A stretch of 64,000 nucleotides of DNA from Candidatus Woesebacteria bacterium (GTDB lineage: Bacteria > Patescibacteriota > Microgenomatia > UBA1400 > UBA12028), in contig JBDTWD010000002.1 in the NCBI GenBank assembly GCA_040006915.1, positions 158,475 through 222,474 on the forward strand, in the 5' to 3' direction. Below, piece after piece: positions 48,922 to 61,500 of the stretch. A model generated the notes under the pieces. That model worked only from the letters and a program-made list of their open reading frames with translations, was not told the DNA's origin and ran no database searches. The position numbers and the translations under genes were made by a program. Positions within the stretch are counted from its first letter, which is position 1; every line of letters starts with the position of its first letter.

Positions 48922-51411
48922 TTATCGCTTTGCGGCTTCTTCCTTAATGGCAGCCTGACGTGCCACAGACTTACGCTGCTTGGTTTCTGCATTCTTTTCT
49001 TTCGCTCTCACAATCCGTTTTGGCATTTCGTCTGATCGAAGAAACGCTTCGATATCAAGGAGAGATCGCTCATAGATGAGCTGAAAGTTAGTAAGAGATG
49101 AATCTGACTGTGAGGGTGCCAGGATTGCTTCGAGATTCGCAGCTTGTTTTTTATCGACACGGAACCTCGTTTCATTCTTTCCTTCTTTATTCTTAAAGGT
49201 CGAAACTGCCAAATGATTTTTATAGTAACGAAGCATTGCGGTCGTAAAACTTTCTATATCTTCATCTCCCGTCACTTTTGATATCAGCCCTTTTTTCTCA
49301 GCAATTAACAAAGCCGCTCTCCCCTTATCTGTCAACCAGTCTGAAATCGTACTTAACGGACCTTCGAGCCCAGCTTGATCTGTCACCCATCCAAGCAAAA
49401 CCAAGAGTTGAATTGGTCGGGTTTTATCTAGCGTATACAAACCTCCCAGATTGAGAAGTCTTTCTCCTCTCTCAGCGCTCTCTTTCCAATCAATATCACC
49501 ATAGGCTCTGGCTTCTTGTGGTGTGATTGCACCCATGAGTGTCGGAGCAAAAGTGCCATCTTGGGCTGTGATGAGCCAATCAAACCCATTTCCATAGAGT
49601 CCGACCGTGGATTCTGCGTGAGCCAGCACAATACTTTTAAAATTATCGAAATTAAATACAAACTTGATAGGTCCTTTCTTTGAAATTCTCACATCAAAAA
49701 CTTCTCGCATATAGTCTTCGATTTTCTTATTTACTTCTTCCAGTCTGTCATCAATTTCTGCTTTCCATTCGGAGGGAGCGATAAAACTCTTTCGGATATC
49801 AGGCATGTGTTCCTGAAGTGTTCTTCGTCTTTCTGCCAGTATCTTCGGTCCCATTGCCTGTTCTCTTCTGCGTACATCCCATTGCTGCCCAGGAACATTT
49901 TTTTCTCGTCGAAGCATTTGAACAATTGTGGAGGTATTCACTACATTTGATAGATTTGGGAGAATTTTTTCAATCGGCCCATTTTTTCCAAAAAGTGAGA
50001 CTGCGAGCGCCCCATCTGTTTGAGGATGGTGGAGATGTAAAGACACATTCTCTACGGCGCCATTTTCTCTATTCAAATCGAGTGTGTACACACATGAAGT
50101 AGCGCTGCGAGGGTCGGATGGATTTCGATTTCCCAGTTGGCCTGGGAGAATCATATCGTCCATACTCTCTTCACCAGAGTTTATGACGATCGCCACATCA
50201 GGAGACTGTAGAGGACTTGATTCAGATGATCGTTCTCGGCGCAGAGACGTAATCTTGCGTAGTACTTTTCCAAACCCAAAAAGACTACGTGCTTCAGCTT
50301 TTGGAGCAAAGGCCTGCTCTATATCCTGAGCTTTGATCTCGGTTACAGGAGTATTTCGTAGGGTTTGACTCACTTGGTCATATATATTCGCAAAGGCAGC
50401 TCGAAATCCATACTCTCCTTGTGCATAAAAATCTTCCATCTGACTTTCGTGAGGCATTTTAATTGTGAATGTCTGCTCCAATGAATACTGGTCCCGTACA
50501 GAAATAGTCATGGTCTCAGCCGGAATGTGCACTGGACTTGATTGTTTAAAGATCGAAAATTTTTCTCGATTTTCCGTTGACTGTAATACCCCAAGAGGCT
50601 TTAGCTTCTCCAAGGTTTGTGAGTTAATAAATGGATCACTTTCCCGATCAATCTCCGCTGTACAGAGTGTAGAGAGCGCTCTGCCCACGGCTTTTTCTCT
50701 TCTCGCGAGTAAATCCGTGAGAATAACTCCTGTGACCATACCCGCATAATCATTCGCAAACGAAGAGAGGAATTTTTTTAGCTCTTGAGATTGAAGACGC
50801 AAATCATAATATCCTGACTCCACAGCTACCATGTCATCAGAAGTTGCATATGGCTCAAGATGATCAAAGGTATTAAAAATAATACCTCCTTGTCGTTTGA
50901 AAGCATCTTGTACTTTCGGTTGCGAGAAAATATTTTTTTCTTCAAATGAAGAGAGTAGTATGTCGAGTCTTTGATCCCATCCTCTCAATCGTTCAAGTTG
51001 GGAAGTGATAGGAAACGCTTCGTCTTCAACACGAAGCCTGGCATAGCGACGCTCACTAAACTCTGACTGAGATAACCTCGCATCCTTCCTTGCGTAATTA
51101 GTCAAATATCGTTCAAGTATTTTTAAGCAGATATCGGTGATATTTTTGTTCAAAGATTTTTGTCCCTCTCTCCCTTTGACCACATCTTCGACTCGCAACA
51201 CGTGATCTAACGCTTGTACTACTGCAGACGCACGTTCTTGTAAACTTTTCAGCGCTTCACCTCTCAGATTGGGAACAGTTTCTACTACGAGCCTGTTTAT
51301 TGCTGAAGGCTCTATTTGAAGAAGTTTAGTAAATTCAGCCGAAGATATTTGATCCAAATCGTTTTCAGGAGTTTGTTTCACTTCTGGAGACACAGATACT
51401 TCTTGGGCCAT
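48922..51411 (-). CDS. Large hypothetical cytoplasmic protein (829 aa), no recognisable domain.
   Basis: Long ORF, mixed-charge and helix-rich, with no TM, signal or NTPase motifs. Confidence 0.5.
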   Translation of the reverse strand: MAQEVSVSPEVKQTPENDLDQISSAEFTKLLQIEPSAINRLVVETVPNLRGEALKSLQERASAVVQALDHVLRVEDVVKGREGQKSLNKNITDICLKILERYLTNYARKDARLSQSEFSERRYARLRVEDEAFPITSQLERLRGWDQRLDILLSSFEEKNIFSQPKVQDAFKRQGGIIFNTFDHLEPYATSDDMVAVESGYYDLRLQSQELKKFLSSFANDYAGMVTGVILTDLLARREKAVGRALSTLCTAEIDRESDPFINSQTLEKLKPLGVLQSTENREKFSIFKQSSPVHIPAETMTISVRDQYSLEQTFTIKMPHESQMEDFYAQGEYGFRAAFANIYDQVSQTLRNTPVTEIKAQDIEQAFAPKAEARSLFGFGKVLRKITSLRRERSSESSPLQSPDVAIVINSGEESMDDMILPGQLGNRNPSDPRSATSCVYTLDLNRENGAVENVSLHLHHPQTDGALAVSLFGKNGPIEKILPNLSNVVNTSTIVQMLRREKNVPGQQWDVRRREQAMGPKILAERRRTLQEHMPDIRKSFIAPSEWKAEIDDRLEEVNKKIEDYMREVFDVRISKKGPIKFVFNFDNFKSIVLAHAESTVGLYGNGFDWLITAQDGTFAPTLMGAITPQEARAYGDIDWKESAERGERLLNLGGLYTLDKTRPIQLLVLLGWVTDQAGLEGPLSTISDWLTDKGRAALLIAEKKGLISKVTGDEDIESFTTAMLRYYKNHLAVSTFKNKEGKNETRFRVDKKQAANLEAILAPSQSDSSLTNFQLIYERSLLDIEAFLRSDEMPKRIVRAKEKNAETKQRKSVARQAAIKEEAAKR

Positions 51412-51450
51412 ATATGATCACATCATAACGCAGAGAGCAGAGAATGAGAA

Positions 51451-52833
51451 CTAGTTTTCATCTGGATGAGCAATAACCAGGAATCGCTTCCAACTTGTCC
51501 CTGGTGGCCAGCACGTTTGGAGGATCAATTGATCGGTGGTTGTTTGGGGAATTAAAAAGCTGACATCGTTAGCTTCCACGATCTTGGTTTCTGAAACCGT
51601 GTAGTGAAATTCCTTGCCCCAAAACCACACAGACATTGAATCTCCAACACTCATGTCTTTTAGACTATAGAACAGCGCATTGTAGCGAGCGATATTCCAA
51701 GTTCCATTGGTAGAATGACCAAAGATAAAGATGGTTTTGTTTTCTTTGTTCTCTTCTCCGGGAAGTCCAGTTCCGGCGGCATGAGCCACACCTTTTTTTA
51801 AAGCTGCATCATAATCAGTTTCGTTGGAAGCATCTACATTGGCAATCACTTTGGAATTCACGCCAATTTTGGGAATACTGATTTGAAATTGCTTGTCTGG
51901 ATCTGGATTGGGTGTCGGAGCTGGAGTGGCAGTGGCCTCCGGAGCAAGTGTCTCCTGACTGTCATCAGCTTTGCTGGACATCGTGTGCAATGAATAGGAG
52001 ATCTGCTCTTTCCAACTTTGCATTTGCAAAGCTACCATCGGTCCAACTGTTAAAAGCATCAGTACGAGTGATGCAGCAATCATCGTTCGCGAGGCAATCG
52101 CATAGAAATTAAAGCTTGAGATCTTTTGCCCAACTTTTGATATTCCGCCAATCACTACTCTGCCAATTTTCTCAAAGGGAGAAATAGATGGTCGTAGTAC
52201 CGGCAAAGAAATCGATACTTTCTCTTTGACACTCGCAACCATCATCGATTGCGTAACTCTTTTTTCTTGAATAATTCTTTTCCCTGTAGAAATGTGTTTC
52301 TTCATCAAGGCATACATTCCATCGACACCGAGTTCCCAAACCAACATCAGTTTCGGAAATTCATGCGAAATATAGTTGAGCTTTGGCAGTGCCCACTTCC
52401 AGATTGTTTCAGCTTTACCCACTTTTGGTTCAAAAAACACTGGATCTGGAATCAGGACTTCAGGCAACGCTTCAATGACTGGCACTGGGGATGGGGCTAT
52501 AACCACCGGTAATTCTGGTATGGAAATGATTGGGGTTGTCGCCACACTTCGATCCAAGGTAGGCTCTTCATAGAGCACAACCTGTTCTGTCTTTTCTTCT
52601 CCCTGTGCAAACCCGCCGGTCTGCCCTCCAGACGAGTCTGCACGTGAAGAAGAAAGAATTTGTGCCAAAATTGCTTGTGTTTTAATCGATAACCCATCAG
52701 AAACGATAGAATCGATGGGAGTGTTCACTTTCTGTTTTAGCGCTTGCGAAAAGATCGGCACATCAGAGGCGGCCGGATTGTTGCGGTCAAAAATCACCAC
52801 GGGAGTTAGTTTTTTAGGTATTGAGTCTGACAT
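51451..52833 (-). CDS. Sortase-family transpeptidase (C-terminal ~160-aa domain) with a ~300-aa N-terminal extension and an internal TM anchor.
   Basis: ISIPKIGVNSKVIAN (beta-strand plus substrate loop), TIFIFGHS (catalytic His), LILQTCWPPGTSWKRFLVIAHP (TLxTC Cys and Arg). TM segment RTMIAASLVLMLLTVGPMVAL upstream of the domain. The N-terminal extension has a Pro/Val-rich region. Confidence 0.7.
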   Translation of the reverse strand: MSDSIPKKLTPVVIFDRNNPAASDVPIFSQALKQKVNTPIDSIVSDGLSIKTQAILAQILSSSRADSSGGQTGGFAQGEEKTEQVVLYEEPTLDRSVATTPIISIPELPVVIAPSPVPVIEALPEVLIPDPVFFEPKVGKAETIWKWALPKLNYISHEFPKLMLVWELGVDGMYALMKKHISTGKRIIQEKRVTQSMMVASVKEKVSISLPVLRPSISPFEKIGRVVIGGISKVGQKISSFNFYAIASRTMIAASLVLMLLTVGPMVALQMQSWKEQISYSLHTMSSKADDSQETLAPEATATPAPTPNPDPDKQFQISIPKIGVNSKVIANVDASNETDYDAALKKGVAHAAGTGLPGEENKENKTIFIFGHSTNGTWNIARYNALFYSLKDMSVGDSMSVWFWGKEFHYTVSETKIVEANDVSFLIPQTTTDQLILQTCWPPGTSWKRFLVIAHPDEN

Positions 52834-52868
52834 AGGGCAGTATGTCTATTAACGCTAGTTAGTAGCGT

Positions 52869-54956
52869 TTACATTCCTTTTCGTTTCATCCACATTCCAA
52901 TCGCATAGAGAGCGACTGATCCGATGGGTCCAACGAGGGCTACAGGACCAGTTTTAGGCAAATGTGTAATGGTTGAGGTCCCAAGAACTTGTGGCTTTCC
53001 TCTCCAATTTCCAAATACCATAAGTTGGGTGTCTCCAGCTTTTATATGAATCACTGGTTCAGTTGGAGTGGTTGCGTTCCATCCATCAACCGCTTTCTCA
53101 CGAATGCGGACTTGGGCTTCATCGGGCAAATACACTACTCCACCTTCACCTAATTGATTCTCAAACGTTTCATAGTCATGCCAGTTGTTGTCACCATTAG
53201 CATCCCATTGGAATTTCCAGGACAACCCATGCTCTCCGTTATCTTGATAACCATTGCCATTTTCATCAAAGTATTTACGAATACGGAATCCTCCAGATTT
53301 TCTAGAATCACAAGATGTGTTGCTGATGTTGTCTGGGTGACGACAATACTTTTTGTCCCCATCTTGAGTACATACCAGGCCACTCTGACAATCGCTATTA
53401 CTTTGACACACACTGTTACATGCCAAAGGAGTCGGAGTTGGACTGACACTTGGTGTTGGGGTCGGACTCGTCTTCTTGCGATTTCCAAACATGAACACGA
53501 CGTCGTTTCCAGAATGAACTACGGCAGTTTGTTCTTTATCCGTCGTGACATCCCATCCATCTTTTAGTGTTTCGGCTACTTTAACGGTGGTACTGTCGGA
53601 CACATCTACCCAAGCACCACACCCTTTATCACTCTTCCAGAATTCATACCAATGACCACCGTCAGTTTGATAGGCACTAGTAGTATCACCGTTAAGCGTG
53701 TAGACAAAATCCCAAGCTAATCCATGTTCTCCGGAATCTTTTTGTCCATTTCCATTCAAGTCTTCGAATTTACAGACTCTAAATTTCCCTTTTGGAGTCG
53801 GTGTTGGCGATGGTGAAGCAGTTGGCGTTGGACTGACACTTGGACTTGGAGTTGGTGATGCTGTAGGCGTAGGTGTTGGACTCACTGTTGGTGTCGGACT
53901 TGGTGAGGCAGTGGGAGTTGGGGTTGGTGTCACTGTCGGGGTCGGACTGGGAAGCACATTGGAGACAATTACTTTAAATGTCACTTGATATTGTTCCCCG
54001 ACTGCAACATCACCAATACTTACTCCAGTGGTATAGATCGAATCCGGAAGCGCACAGCCACTTACACATCCTGGACCATACTTTAATGCATGCCCAGGCA
54101 GGTATACGAGTCTTTGTCCTTGAGTTCCTGAAACATTAACCGCTGCGGTGTCACTGACAGTGTCAGCGGTTGAAGAAGAAACAAAAGATTTTGCAATGAT
54201 TTGCGTTGCATAGGTGATCGGTAATTCTGCACGGACAATTACATTTTTGGCTACTGATTGACCATCATTGATAACTTTAGTTTGAAATTCTACGATCTCT
54301 CCCGGATCAGCGGCCACTGGATCTTCCCAGTCAGTCAAACGATCGGTTCGATTTCCTGCATCAAAAATTGGACCACTGCGGAAATATGTGCGTGTTTCTC
54401 CGGTACTCGGAGCACCCTCAATATCAAATTGAATGGTGACTTGGTAACTTTGAGCTTCTCCAGGATTGACAGTTCCCAAAGAGATTCCATTGGAAATGAC
54501 CTCATCACCAACGACACATCCGTTCAAACAATCTGGGGGTCCATATTTCTTTCCACTTCCAGAGACAAAGTGCAGTACTGATCCGGAAGGAGTCAAGGTA
54601 AGAGTGTCTGTTACTTTTGCAACTCCATCTGCCCATACTGAAGCACTCGGATTTCGGGGGTTTGAAAGGTCAAAAGAAACTTTGGTGTTGCTTGCTGCTT
54701 CTGATCCCTTGTTCACTACTTTAATTCTCATGCGAACGGAGTGACCATCGGATTCTGCATCCAAAGCAGTCACAGGGTCATGGTATGTCGTCTCACTGGT
54801 GGACAAATTCTTCCCATCAACAAAATCACCTGTTCCAAACGAAGCCCCTGCTGCTCGCACTAACAGAAATATTGGTTGGAAAAGAAATCCAACCGCTAGA
54901 ATCAACGCAGCTGCGAGGACAAAATGTGAGAATTTATATGATGAGATCATTTTCAT
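52869..54956 (-). CDS. LPXTG cell-wall-anchored surface protein with two SdrD-B-like (DLNGNG...GE.GL) domains and (PT/PS)n linkers.
   Basis: Signal peptide. C-terminal [30 protein letters not shown] (LPKTG, hydrophobic segment, KRKG tail). [26 protein letters not shown] and [26 protein letters not shown] match the SdrD B-repeat signature. Long [10 protein letters not shown] linkers. Confidence 0.8.
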   Translation of the reverse strand: MKMISSYKFSHFVLAAALILAVGFLFQPIFLLVRAAGASFGTGDFVDGKNLSTSETTYHDPVTALDAESDGHSVRMRIKVVNKGSEAASNTKVSFDLSNPRNPSASVWADGVAKVTDTLTLTPSGSVLHFVSGSGKKYGPPDCLNGCVVGDEVISNGISLGTVNPGEAQSYQVTIQFDIEGAPSTGETRTYFRSGPIFDAGNRTDRLTDWEDPVAADPGEIVEFQTKVINDGQSVAKNVIVRAELPITYATQIIAKSFVSSSTADTVSDTAAVNVSGTQGQRLVYLPGHALKYGPGCVSGCALPDSIYTTGVSIGDVAVGEQYQVTFKVIVSNVLPSPTPTVTPTPTPTASPSPTPTVSPTPTPTASPTPSPSVSPTPTASPSPTPTPKGKFRVCKFEDLNGNGQKDSGEHGLAWDFVYTLNGDTTSAYQTDGGHWYEFWKSDKGCGAWVDVSDSTTVKVAETLKDGWDVTTDKEQTAVVHSGNDVVFMFGNRKKTSPTPTPSVSPTPTPLACNSVCQSNSDCQSGLVCTQDGDKKYCRHPDNISNTSCDSRKSGGFRIRKYFDENGNGYQDNGEHGLSWKFQWDANGDNNWHDYETFENQLGEGGVVYLPDEAQVRIREKAVDGWNATTPTEPVIHIKAGDTQLMVFGNWRGKPQVLGTSTITHLPKTGPVALVGPIGSVALYAIGMWMKRKGM

Positions 54957-54970
54957 AGTTTTCCTTAAAG

Positions 54971-56800
54971 TTATGGAACGTCAGTAGCTGTCGGTTCGAC
55001 TGGTGGCTCACCTGGAGTTCCAGTTGGAATGATGTGTTCATTTGTCGGAGCAACCGCAGGAGTTTCTGTAGGCTGGGGTGGCGGAGTCGGAGTGATTACT
55101 GGGTTTTCTGGTGTTTTAGTTGGAGGGACAGGCGTGTCTCCCGCATGTGGGGTTTCTGTTGCAATTACCTGAGTGACTTCACTTGTCGGACCGACGATAA
55201 GAAATTGCGCTGGCACGGTTGTGGCAGCATATATTGTGTTTCCTTCTTGAGTAACACCACATGGTATCCACCGACCAAAGTATCCTGCTCCCTCTTTTCC
55301 TGTTTCATCATCTTTCGGTTGTTTACGATCTAGGTTGTATTTATCTTTAATGTTCGCAACCCGTTCAACATCTAAAACAACTTTGCCTTCATCGGTTGGA
55401 GAGAAAGCGCCACCCTTCCATGCCAATGCATTGCGATCTACTGTAAGAGTCAAAACAATTGGTTCATCGAGATCTGCATCTTTGAGTGTCTGATCATTGT
55501 CTATAGAGGTTTTTTCAAGATTTTCGTCATACTCAACAGTGACAACTGTTTCTACCTGATTTGAACGTTCTGCTCCTCGATCGGTACCAACAGCCCCATC
55601 GTTTGTCGTCATCTTGGTTATACAAACTCTTCCATCAGTCAGTCTGTAGTTTTTAAAGACTTCGGTTTGATCGTAGGCATCTAATACATCCGGAGTTTGA
55701 GCAATTTCTTGATCATCACTCGGAATCTCTGCGTATCCACTTTTTTGATATAAATATGCCGCTAAAGATACAATTTCTTCTCCATTGGCAGCAAGGAACT
55801 CACGACGTTTAGCTTCACTTCCAATGTCAGTACTATCTGCACGATCAAGATATGTACCAATCGCCAACCATAAAATTGTTTTTTTCAAATCTCGTGCAGT
55901 TGTTACTATACTTGCTCCACCTAACTCTTTTTCATTCCAGAAGCGTAAATCAAATGGCTTTTGAATGAATGTATCAAGATCACGGTAGGTTTTACTTTCA
56001 ACCTGACTCGCATTCCAGCCTCTTCCCTCTTGGGCCACACTGAACCAGTTTGGAGCAGTTGAAACATTTAAATCCTCACTCGCAGGCGTTCGCCCTTCCC
56101 ACAGTGCAGAAAAGTCGAGTACGCCATCTGGTTTCCCATCGACAGTATCAAATTGATCAACAAATGCAGCGCGTCCGGTTACAAAACGATCAAATATAAG
56201 TTGATCAATTCCATTCTCATTTTCTACAAAGAAGACATTAGGATCAGACAACCCTTCTGACACAGGCAACGCATTTCTGGTTGGATCGAGTGTTGGGTTT
56301 GTCTCTGGAGTAGGAGTCGGTGTCAAACTTGGAGTTACTGCCATCTCTGTGGCCAAGGCAGTTCCGGTTGCTTCTATATTAAAAGCACTGGTAGGCTCGG
56401 TAGTGTTTGTTCCAGTAGCACTAGGAGTGGGAGTGAATGTTGGTTTTTCGGTCTCTATGGCTGTTGGACTTGGGGTAGCAGTCAAACTCGGAGTTACGGA
56501 AGCTTTTCGATCTTCTGCTTGTCTCGTTTGCACAATCGCCGTGGATACTTCACTTTGAATGTGAGCTACATCTGTCTCCGTAGCAGCAATCGATATAGGG
56601 GCTAGTGTCTTAGCAATTGAAGTTTCAGTCACTGCTATCTGTCTTTCTGAGACGGTGGCAGTTGTACTTGGGGTTGGTGTGTTGGTAGAGATTGCCCGTT
56701 GCAACACTTGCTGATCATCTTTTTCTGTTGAGCATCCCGCGACAGCAACTACTACAGCAACTCCAGCGATGAATATTTTTCGGCCGAGTTTCTCTGACAT
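54971..56800 (-). CDS. Lipoprotein, Pro/Thr-rich with an unknown globular domain (~610 aa).
   Basis: Lipobox VAVAGC preceded by a hydrophobic signal ([23 protein letters not shown]). The ORF-track start at 56830 is 10 codons upstream. PT-rich linkers at both ends. Confidence 0.65.
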   Translation of the reverse strand: MSEKLGRKIFIAGVAVVVAVAGCSTEKDDQQVLQRAISTNTPTPSTTATVSERQIAVTETSIAKTLAPISIAATETDVAHIQSEVSTAIVQTRQAEDRKASVTPSLTATPSPTAIETEKPTFTPTPSATGTNTTEPTSAFNIEATGTALATEMAVTPSLTPTPTPETNPTLDPTRNALPVSEGLSDPNVFFVENENGIDQLIFDRFVTGRAAFVDQFDTVDGKPDGVLDFSALWEGRTPASEDLNVSTAPNWFSVAQEGRGWNASQVESKTYRDLDTFIQKPFDLRFWNEKELGGASIVTTARDLKKTILWLAIGTYLDRADSTDIGSEAKRREFLAANGEEIVSLAAYLYQKSGYAEIPSDDQEIAQTPDVLDAYDQTEVFKNYRLTDGRVCITKMTTNDGAVGTDRGAERSNQVETVVTVEYDENLEKTSIDNDQTLKDADLDEPIVLTLTVDRNALAWKGGAFSPTDEGKVVLDVERVANIKDKYNLDRKQPKDDETGKEGAGYFGRWIPCGVTQEGNTIYAATTVPAQFLIVGPTSEVTQVIATETPHAGDTPVPPTKTPENPVITPTPPPQPTETPAVAPTNEHIIPTGTPGEPPVEPTATDVP

Positions 56801-57143
56801 AGCTACCCTTTCGCTTGACATTCCTATCAAAAATTGATAGGTTGATACGCGAGAAGCCCGTCCTTAGGAAATAACATGTAAGGTCAGGATTCTTAAACAT
56901 AAAGCATTGCTACACGTGTCTTTCCAAGGTCAGCGGTAGTAATGCTTTTTTTGTGCGTTCTGAGCCTAGTATAACACCACCTCTTTTCATGTCAACCTAT
57001 AGTAATTTATCTTCGTTTTTTAGAACGTCCTGTAGTATAATATTTAAACAAAATACCCTTGAAAACACAGAGTTATCCACATGAAAATAGAGATATTCAT
57101 TCTATGGTGAAAACGTGTGTTCAGGGTGGAAAACGAAGATACT

Positions 57144-58532
57144 CTATCTCCCTTTACGAGTGAAGTTACTCGTGACCTCTGTGACTGTCTTGACTGTACC
57201 GGCAGCCACTACCGAGGAGAAGCCAAGACGTTTAGCTTCCTTGATGCGCTTTTCTAGGAGTTTTACCTTTCGGACCTCTCCTAATAGACCCACCTCCCCT
57301 ACATAGACGGTGTCCTTGGCAGAAGCAACGTTGGTATATGAGGAAGCCAGGGCAACAGCGATCCCTAGATCTGCTGCAGGCTCATTGATCGTCATTCCAC
57401 CAGCTACATTCACAAACACATCGCAGGTTCCCAGAGGCAACCTACAGTATTTCTCCAAAACTGCGACGATCACTTGGAGCTTGGATACAGGAATTCCTCG
57501 GGCAACTCTCCGAGGTACTGGAAGCTCGCTTCGGACTACCAGAGCCTGGACTTCAATCAAGATTGGACGGGTTCCTTCAATCACCGATACCAGAGCTGAA
57601 CCAGGGCTTCCCACCACTCGTTCTTCCAAGAAGGTCGCTGAGGGATTTGTGACTTCCTCCAGACCAAAATCGGTGTGGACGAAAATTCCCACCTCGTCAG
57701 TGGCACCGAAACGGTTTTTAATTGCCCGAAGGATACGATATTGCCCGGTTCGCTCCCCAGAAAGCTCTAATACGCTATCAACCATATGCTCTAAAACCTT
57801 CGGTCCCGCAATACTCCCCTCTTTGGTCACGTGGCCAACCAAGAAAATCGGAACATGGAGAGCCTTTGCTGTACGCGTCAATCGATCGGTACACTCTTTG
57901 AGTTGTCCAATGGAACCAGTGGCTCCAGTAAGATCTTGCGTTGATAATGTTTGAATACTATCGACGATAACCAGAGTAGGTTTCTCCTGAGCAATGGTTG
58001 CAGTGATCTCATCAACGTCTGTAGAAGTCAAAAAAAACAAATTGTCTTTGGAAAAAGTGGCTTTTTTTTCATTGCTCATCCGTTGAATGCGCAGCGCAAT
58101 TTGTTCCGGACTTTCCTCGCCTGCCACATACAGTACTCGATTTTTGACAGAATTGCTGTCATCTTTATTAGATCTATTGGTCAATATATTTATAGTTAAA
58201 TGAGTAAGTAGTGTGGACTTACCTATGCCTGGTTCACCTCCGATGAGAACTACCGAACCAAACACGATACCACCACCCAAAACTCTATCAAATTCTTCCA
58301 TTTTGGTGCTCAGGCGCGGCAGCTCTTTATCGAAATCTTTCACATCAGAGAATCGGATAATTTGAGCAGAATTTCCACCAGTTACACCACCTCCTTGCTT
58401 CCCTCTTCGTGCTTCCAACTTTTGTTCTTCAACAAAGCTGTTCCATGTTCCGCATTCAGGGCATTGCCCCATCCATTTCGGAGATTCGTATCCACAATTT
58501 TGACAAGTATATACAGAGGATGCTTTGGCCAT
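57144..58532 (-). CDS. radA: DNA repair protein RadA/Sms.
   Basis: N-terminal C4 zinc finger CQNCGYESPKWMGQCPECGTWNSF, RecA-like Walker A GGEPGIGKSTLL, KNRFG motif, and a Lon-protease-like C-terminal domain. Confidence 0.9.
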   Translation of the reverse strand: MAKASSVYTCQNCGYESPKWMGQCPECGTWNSFVEEQKLEARRGKQGGGVTGGNSAQIIRFSDVKDFDKELPRLSTKMEEFDRVLGGGIVFGSVVLIGGEPGIGKSTLLTHLTINILTNRSNKDDSNSVKNRVLYVAGEESPEQIALRIQRMSNEKKATFSKDNLFFLTSTDVDEITATIAQEKPTLVIVDSIQTLSTQDLTGATGSIGQLKECTDRLTRTAKALHVPIFLVGHVTKEGSIAGPKVLEHMVDSVLELSGERTGQYRILRAIKNRFGATDEVGIFVHTDFGLEEVTNPSATFLEERVVGSPGSALVSVIEGTRPILIEVQALVVRSELPVPRRVARGIPVSKLQVIVAVLEKYCRLPLGTCDVFVNVAGGMTINEPAADLGIAVALASSYTNVASAKDTVYVGEVGLLGEVRKVKLLEKRIKEAKRLGFSSVVAAGTVKTVTEVTSNFTRKGR

Positions 58533-58537
58533 AATCG

Positions 58538-58577
58538 CAGTCTATCTGACGATTTTGGAGATTAAAAGAGGAAGAAT
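58538..58577 (-). promoter_or_regulatory. Copy 1 of an identical 40-nt element in the 5' leader of radA. The second copy at 62028-62067 precedes the 1138-aa gene.
   Basis: cagtctatctgacgattttggagattaaaagaggaagaat on the plus strand occurs identically at both sites. Each copy sits 5-25 nt upstream of the ATG of a minus-strand gene. Confidence 0.6.
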
Positions 58578-58586
58578 ATATTCCTA

Positions 58587-61500
58587 TCACGATACGACGT
58601 AGCACTGTTGAAATGAATACGAATATGGATAATAAGAAAAAGCAGCCACTTCTTCCAGATCAACTACAGGATAATTCTTCGAAGTAATAATTTGTTGGAT
58701 TTGGGATCGATTTGAATGAATAACCGCATCGGTTGGAATAAGCACTCCTTTTAAATCCAGCTGAGATCTTATTTGCTCAGCGTATCCCATTAAGTTCTCA
58801 AAGAGAGCTTGATTGTCTACACTCGATAGAAAATCTAAAGAAGGGTTTATTCCAGGCAAACAAACATATCCTTCGCGTATGAGAATATGCATTCCACCGG
58901 CTGCGATATGATCAGAGTCATCAAAAAAGATGACATTGTAAAAAGACGGATCATTCCATAGTTGTTCATCTGGTGTTACACAAACCCCCATATTATATCC
59001 AGCTACCCCATGCTCTCTCCTCTTTGAGATTGCATATCGAATTATTCGTGTTGCTGCCATTCCTTCTTCTTCGTCAAAAGAAAATTTATCGATTTCTTTG
59101 CGCATCTGCACATTCAAAGGTCCAATAATTCCAGATGAAATCAGTCGAATGGTAAAGTTGTCATCTTGGCTTATGTCATCTGGTAATACTAAGAGATCTC
59201 TGACTTGAGCTTTTGTTTTATTTTCTAAATCCGCATATGAAATCCCAAACTCTCCCAAAAGAGTATCTAGTTGTTCAATCTGCTTTTGCTTCTGGCCTTC
59301 ATCACCTTCAGCTCGAACTCCCTGAAGTCTTGTGAGTATTTGTCCAATCGACATGTTTATATATCCACTGAGAACTTTCTTTTGGAGATCAGCAAATTTT
59401 TCTGGGAATTCACTTTTCCAAGCCGCCAAACAATCTCGAATGAGGTCATTCTTTACATGTTCCCCAAGAAATTCTTTATATTTCATCAGTTCTGGTATAG
59501 AAAGTCCGTATTTGCTTTCCAAAGGACTCCCTCCTTTAATAAGATGAAATCGATACATTGAGTCAAACAAAAAAGCTCTCCCTCCCGGACTATTCGAGCT
59601 TTTGTACTGATACAGCTGAAGCAACTTCTCTGCGGTATCAATCTCATCAACACCCAGGACGTTTCCCGACTCACTCATTTCAACATTCACAGAATCAACA
59701 GCTTTTCCAATTTCAGTCCATAGTTGTAAATTAAGCTCTTCTCCTGCAGAGAGAACAAATTTCCCAACAGGGATAGACGCTTCTTGGTTTTGAAGAGTTG
59801 ATAAAGCGCCAGGAATATCATTTTGTCGATCAGGCCGATCTTTATTCAGTTGATCATATTGCCCTTGAGTCAAGCCCACAGCGGGGGGGAAAACGGCATA
59901 CGCAATCGCTGGGTAGAGTGTGTCTTTAAAATCCTCATCATCCATTTCTCCTTGAGTTATTTTTTGTTGAAGGGAACTAACTCTTCTTTTCACTGTGTCA
60001 ATCCCAACAGTATCCCCACCGGAATAAAATGCTTTGTACTGTTCATACACATCAAAATGTATGACACCTATTTCTGTAATAAAATGTTCGATAATCTCTC
60101 TCTCTTCCGAGATATCATCCACACAAGAAAGCAGGTTTTCTACAATATTGCGCGCTAAGGTTCCATAGCGTTTTGCGACGTATGTAAGATATTCTTTATC
60201 TTCAGGAAGGAGTACTCTTTCATGGGCAAGAGTCCCTATAGCTTCAAAATATAAAAAGGCCGCCTCTCCTTGAGCTTTACGTATGGGAAGGATATGGTCT
60301 GAATATGAGAAAGTATCCATCCCTTGCAGAGCTATAATCATTTGCTCTCCAATCTGTGGCATTTCCAAGATCTCAACTATATTTTCTATTGTCATTCCTT
60401 TCGGATAATCTTGCAGAATTCCTTCTAACTCAAAAACAGGGATTTCAAAATCTTTGATCACCTGAAGAGCTAGTGGAAGATCAGTAATACCTTTCCCCCA
60501 TCTCACTACTTGTTTAAGTATCAGCTCTTCAGTTAGCTCGCTCAAGTTGACAACCATATCCGTTTCTGGGGCATCTAACAGAGAATGGAGGGCCTTGACT
60601 CTTTCATCATCTGGTTCAAGGGGCTTCCCTCTTTCTCCTATATAGGTTTTGAAAAAAAGAGAACTGATACTATCTTTTAATTTTTCAAGCGATTTTCTTC
60701 GAATATCTTCGTTCGGATGAAAAGTCGCAATCTGAACTAGTGCTTGGGCTGATTCAAGAAAATGAGGACTGACAACACTGCTTGTTTCATCAGTAAGAGA
60801 AAGATGTCGCAATAAACGCGTGGCTTTAGCTCCATCAGTTTCTGCAAAAATATATTCAACTATTTCGGGAAGCTTTAATGGTTCTGCAGAGCTATATTGA
60901 AGAACTCTTTGAAGAGTAGATGGAGCCAGCAACAAATATATTTTTTTTCGATCTATTCCATCTCCATAGAGATCTAAGTTCTTAAAAATTCTCTTCTCTC
61001 TCTCTGAAATTAGTCCCAAACTCGAATTTAAAAGACAATCCCATAAGTACTTATTTATGATCGGCGAAGTCGAGGAAATATTTTCAAGCAATGCAAAAAC
61101 ATACTCTTGAGACCTCTTCTTCTCAATCACTCTCTCATCTTTGATCATCTTCTCGATAAATAATATTTGGTCTGATGTCATGAAAGACTTAACTATCTCC
61201 TTTACTTTTTCTGCATTGTACTGTAACGCAAGCAAAGCCTCGATCAAAATAGGAGAGAGAGCTATCATATCTTTCTGGGCGGAAGAAGAGATGAAATCGA
61301 GTATTTTGCTGGTTAGAATTCCATCTGCAATTACTTCTTTTAAAGTCTCTCCTTGTAATAAAGAAAGAACCTCTGGAATACGATAAGAGTCATCTCTTTG
61401 TGCCAAATCGAAAAAATGTCTAAAAAAATCTCTGGTGCTAGATGGAGCTTGATAAGAACTATTTCTTTCTCTCCCTAGATATTGGGACACCCATTTTAAT

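Noticed and set aside
57020-57060. Plus-strand TATAAT-like hexamer (ctgtagtataatat) in the radA-lipoprotein intergenic region, which suggests an antisense or sRNA promoter.
   Set aside because: There is no convincing -35 element or downstream structured RNA. AT-rich intergenic DNA produces such hexamers by chance.
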